Assembly (NCBI GenBank): GCA_039545335.1
Contig: BCIN01000007.1
Span: forward strand, 1,170,530-1,234,529
DNA: 64,000 bases
Reading direction: 5' to 3'
From: Kondoa subrosea
Lineage: Eukaryota
The notes under the pieces were generated by a model. That model was given only the letters and a program-made list of their open reading frames with translations, made no database searches and had not been told where the DNA came from. Made by a program: the position numbers and the translations under genes. Positions 62,527 to 64,000 of the stretch are shown here, one piece after another; position 1 is the stretch's first letter; each line of letters opens with the position of its first letter.

Positions 62527-64000
62527 ATGAGTGGACATCGCCAAAGAAGAAGCTACCCGTCCCAGGATGGCTTGGATGAAATATCTGGTCAGGCACCTTT
62601 AGTAGGCAACAAGGCCAAGGCAGCAACGGGCGGTAGAGCAGGGGACAACTCCTACAGCGCGATCTTTGATTCCTACTCTGCGACTGGCCCAAATAAAGCA
62701 ACAGCAGGGGCTAACTCTTCAGCGCTTCCACCTCGAACTACTTCAAATGCTCCGAAACCCTACGGCGGTTCACCTCAACTAGGTTCTCCAACACCTTATG
62801 CTGAATCTGGTTTGTTATCACCTAAACTCAATTCATCACCTCGAATGGGAATAGGTGCATCAAATACTTCAAACCCTTATTGGGCTTCCCCAAATTCACC
62901 ACAGCAAAGACAAGCCAATGCTTCGGGAGTAGGATTCTTGGAAACAATGCCGTCAAACGATTCTTTTGATGATCTAACAAACGAACATTCTTATGGTCAA
63001 ACCAAGAAACCTCATCCTTGGCAACATCAATCTAGACAATCTTTGACACCTTCAATGTCTGCTTCAAATGTTGGTCAGACTGATGCGAATGGAGAGAAAG
63101 ATTGGAAAACCCTGCAAGCTGCGAACGAGAAGTTGCTTTCGTCGAAGGAAAGATATGATGGACAGTTGCATCCTAGTATTCTGAAGAATCTAGGTCCGGA
63201 AGAGGATGATGACATGCAGTCAGTAGAGACCATACATCGTGATCACTATAAGTCTTGATACGCTTGATCTGTTGACAGCGATCCTGGACCATCTTTACCT
63301 AGAAAAGGCGCCGATCGATTGATTGTGGATACTAAGAAGATAGCTCAAGCATCCGGTTTCTCTACTCGAGGGTTTTGGAACGTCCTTGGTGTCGCTTTTC
63401 TCGCTTTGACTCTACTTTTCCTTTTCGCTGGTTTACCTTTATTGGATTGGGCAACAACCCATTCTTTAGGAATCACTTCCAACAAACAATTTGGATCTAC
63501 TTCAACTAACTCTACTGGTCAAAGAGGTGTGATTGATGGATCTAGCGGAATGATCGACAGCGATACTCCTAAAGGCGCTTATTCCAATAAAGATATTGAT
63601 GGGAATGATATGGTCTTGGTGTTCAGTGACGAGTTCAACTTAGATGGGCGATCATTCTAGTACGTCGCCAGTCTCGTTCTCGACTGAAGAAAGCTGACGA
63701 ATAGCAATAGTCCGGGAGATGATCCATTTTGGGAAGCTATGGATTTCTACTATCATGTCACTAACGATCTGGAAAGTGAGCGACATGCCACACTTGCTTT
63801 GTTACCGTGCTAATTGCCTCGAAAGTGTACAACCCTGATCAAGCCACAACGCAAGGCGGAAATCTCGTGCTGCAGATGAATAGAACCGATCCAGATCTGA
63901 ATGGTAATTTGAACTTCCGTTCGGGCATGCTTCAAAGTTGGAACAAGTTTTGCTTCACTGGCGGAAAGAGTGCGCTTTCTGACGTCCCCAGCGAATCGGG
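62527..64000 (+). CDS. Beta-1,6-glucan synthesis-associated Kre6/Skn1 (GH16), runs off the window
   Basis: Long cytosolic N-terminus, [56 protein letters not shown]. Confidence 0.92.

Noticed and set aside
1..64000. Alternative genetic code or prokaryotic operons to explain the fragmented ORFs
   Set aside because: Short spliceosomal introns explain nearly all breaks, and conserved proteins translate correctly with the standard code.

Overview
Gene-dense, intron-rich eukaryotic DNA from a fungus, almost certainly a basidiomycete and probably Pucciniomycotina (inferred from gene content and style). Introns are mostly ~45-60 nt with CTRAC/CTAAY-like branch points, and intergenic gaps are often under 200 bp. 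I reconstructed about 32 protein-coding genes by hand. Housekeeping genes: MET5-type sulfite reductase, ARG1, GSH2, PRP4, ENP1, ALG5, RCE1, DOA10, ABP1, COX9, Snx41/Atg20-like, ELMO, NOSIP-like, DnaJ, KRE6/SKN1. Accessory enzymes: CYP450, GT90, GT14, GH135 spherulin-4, aldo-keto reductase, glutathione-independent formaldehyde dehydrogenase. Two small spliced genes (COX9 and a DUF2015/UPF0357 protein) are absent from the ORF track. I recognised no tRNA, rRNA, transposon or CRISPR array. Most notable: (1) a six-exon gene (16294-17211) whose core resembles a prokaryotic uncharacterised family and which carries NLS-like motifs and a PCNA PIP-box-like motif; (2) ABP1 polyproline tracts built from a run of 6-15 nt symmetric phase-1 microexons; (3) many microexons inside catalytic motifs, GC-AG introns and AAG acceptors; (4) apparent lesions, namely a frameshifted F-box, an in-frame TAG and a possible decayed gene. 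Exon boundaries are manual inferences and family assignments come from motif recognition; no searches were run.
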